From Mobula hypostoma (lineage: Eukaryota), in NCBI RefSeq assembly GCF_963921235.1, contig NC_086108.1, forward strand, positions 20,274,001-20,338,000: a stretch of 64,000 bases of DNA, given 5' to 3'. Below the pieces are notes generated by a model. The model was not told the origin of the DNA. It was given only the letters and a program-made list of their open reading frames with translations, and made no database searches. Both the position numbers and the translations under genes were made by a program. Every line of letters starts with the position of its first letter. The first letter of the stretch is position 1. Positions 63,256-64,000 of this stretch are shown here, piece after piece.

Positions 63256-64000
63256 AGCTATAGTCATAGTCATAGTCATACTTTATTGATCCCGGGGGAA
63301 ATTGGTTTTCATTACAGTTGCACTATAAATAGTAATAAAACCATAAATAGTTAAATAGTAATATGTAAATTATGCCAGGAAATATGTCCAGGACCAGCCT
63401 ATTGGCTCAGGGTGTCTGACCCTCCAAGGGAGGAGTTGTAAAGTTTGATGGCCACAGGCAGGAATGACTTCCTGTGACGCTCTGTGTTGCATCTCAGTGG
63501 AATGAGTCTCTGGCTGAATGTACTCCTGTGCCCACCCACTACATTATGTAGTGGATGGGAGACATTGTCCAAGATGGCATACAACTTGGACAGCATCCTC
63601 TTTTCAGACACCACCGTCAGAGAGTCCAGTTCCATCCCCACAACATCACTGGCCTTACGAATGAGTTTGTTGATTCTGTTGGTGTCTGCTACCCTCAGCC
63701 TGCTGCCCCAGCACACAATAGCAAACATGATAGCACTGGCCACCACAGACTCATAGAACATCCTCAGCGTCGTCCGGTAGATGTTAAAGGACCTTAGTCT
63801 CCTCAGGAAATAGAGACATCTCTGACCCTTCTTGTAGACAGTCTCAGTGTTCTTTGACCAGTCCAGTTTATTGTCAATTCGTATCCCCAGGAATTTGTAA
63901 TCCTTCACCATGTCCACACTGACCCCCTGGATGGAAACAGGGGTCACCAGTACCTTAGCTCTCCTCAGGTCTACCACCAGCTCCTTAGTCTTTTTCACAT
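63256..64000 (-). mobile_element. Rex1/Babar-type LINE 3' part, running off the window end
   Basis: ORF 63399-63998. (GACTAT)n tail. Same family as 4749-5485. Confidence 0.9.

Noticed and set aside
4749..64000. Matching segments 4749-5485 and 63256-64000 as ends of one giant element
   Set aside because: Both are 3' ends of the same Rex LINE family, each nested in a different host element.
1..64000. CRISPR arrays, rRNA or intact tRNA genes, prokaryotic operons
   Set aside because: No repeat-spacer array or structural RNA gene seen. tRNA-like sequence is limited to SINE heads and PBS sites.

Overview
Eukaryotic genomic DNA, probably from a cartilaginous fish (ray/shark). That assignment is inferred from the CR1, Penelope, Rex-Babar and V-SINE family mix, not checked against a database. 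Most of the window is nested, largely decayed transposable elements. These include two Gmr1-type Gypsy LTR retrotransposons with integrase upstream of RT (2174-9683 minus; 30755-41105 plus), two solo LTRs, many CR1 LINEs, Rex1/Babar LINEs, two L1/Tx1 LINEs, Penelope-like elements with minimal hammerhead ribozyme motifs and 13-bp target-site duplications (TSDs), Tc1/mariner MITEs, V-SINEs, and hAT- and Chapaev3-like transposase relics. No intact host protein-coding gene could be identified. A CpG island at about 25.4-25.9 kb with a minus-strand splice donor, plus candidate downstream exons, suggests a host promoter and 5' exons. The most notable signals are Penelope-derived inverted-repeat mini-elements, the Gmr1 domain order, and several locally templated insertions of 12-513 bp that look like repair or template-switch scars. 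I found no evidence for a wholly new multi-gene system.
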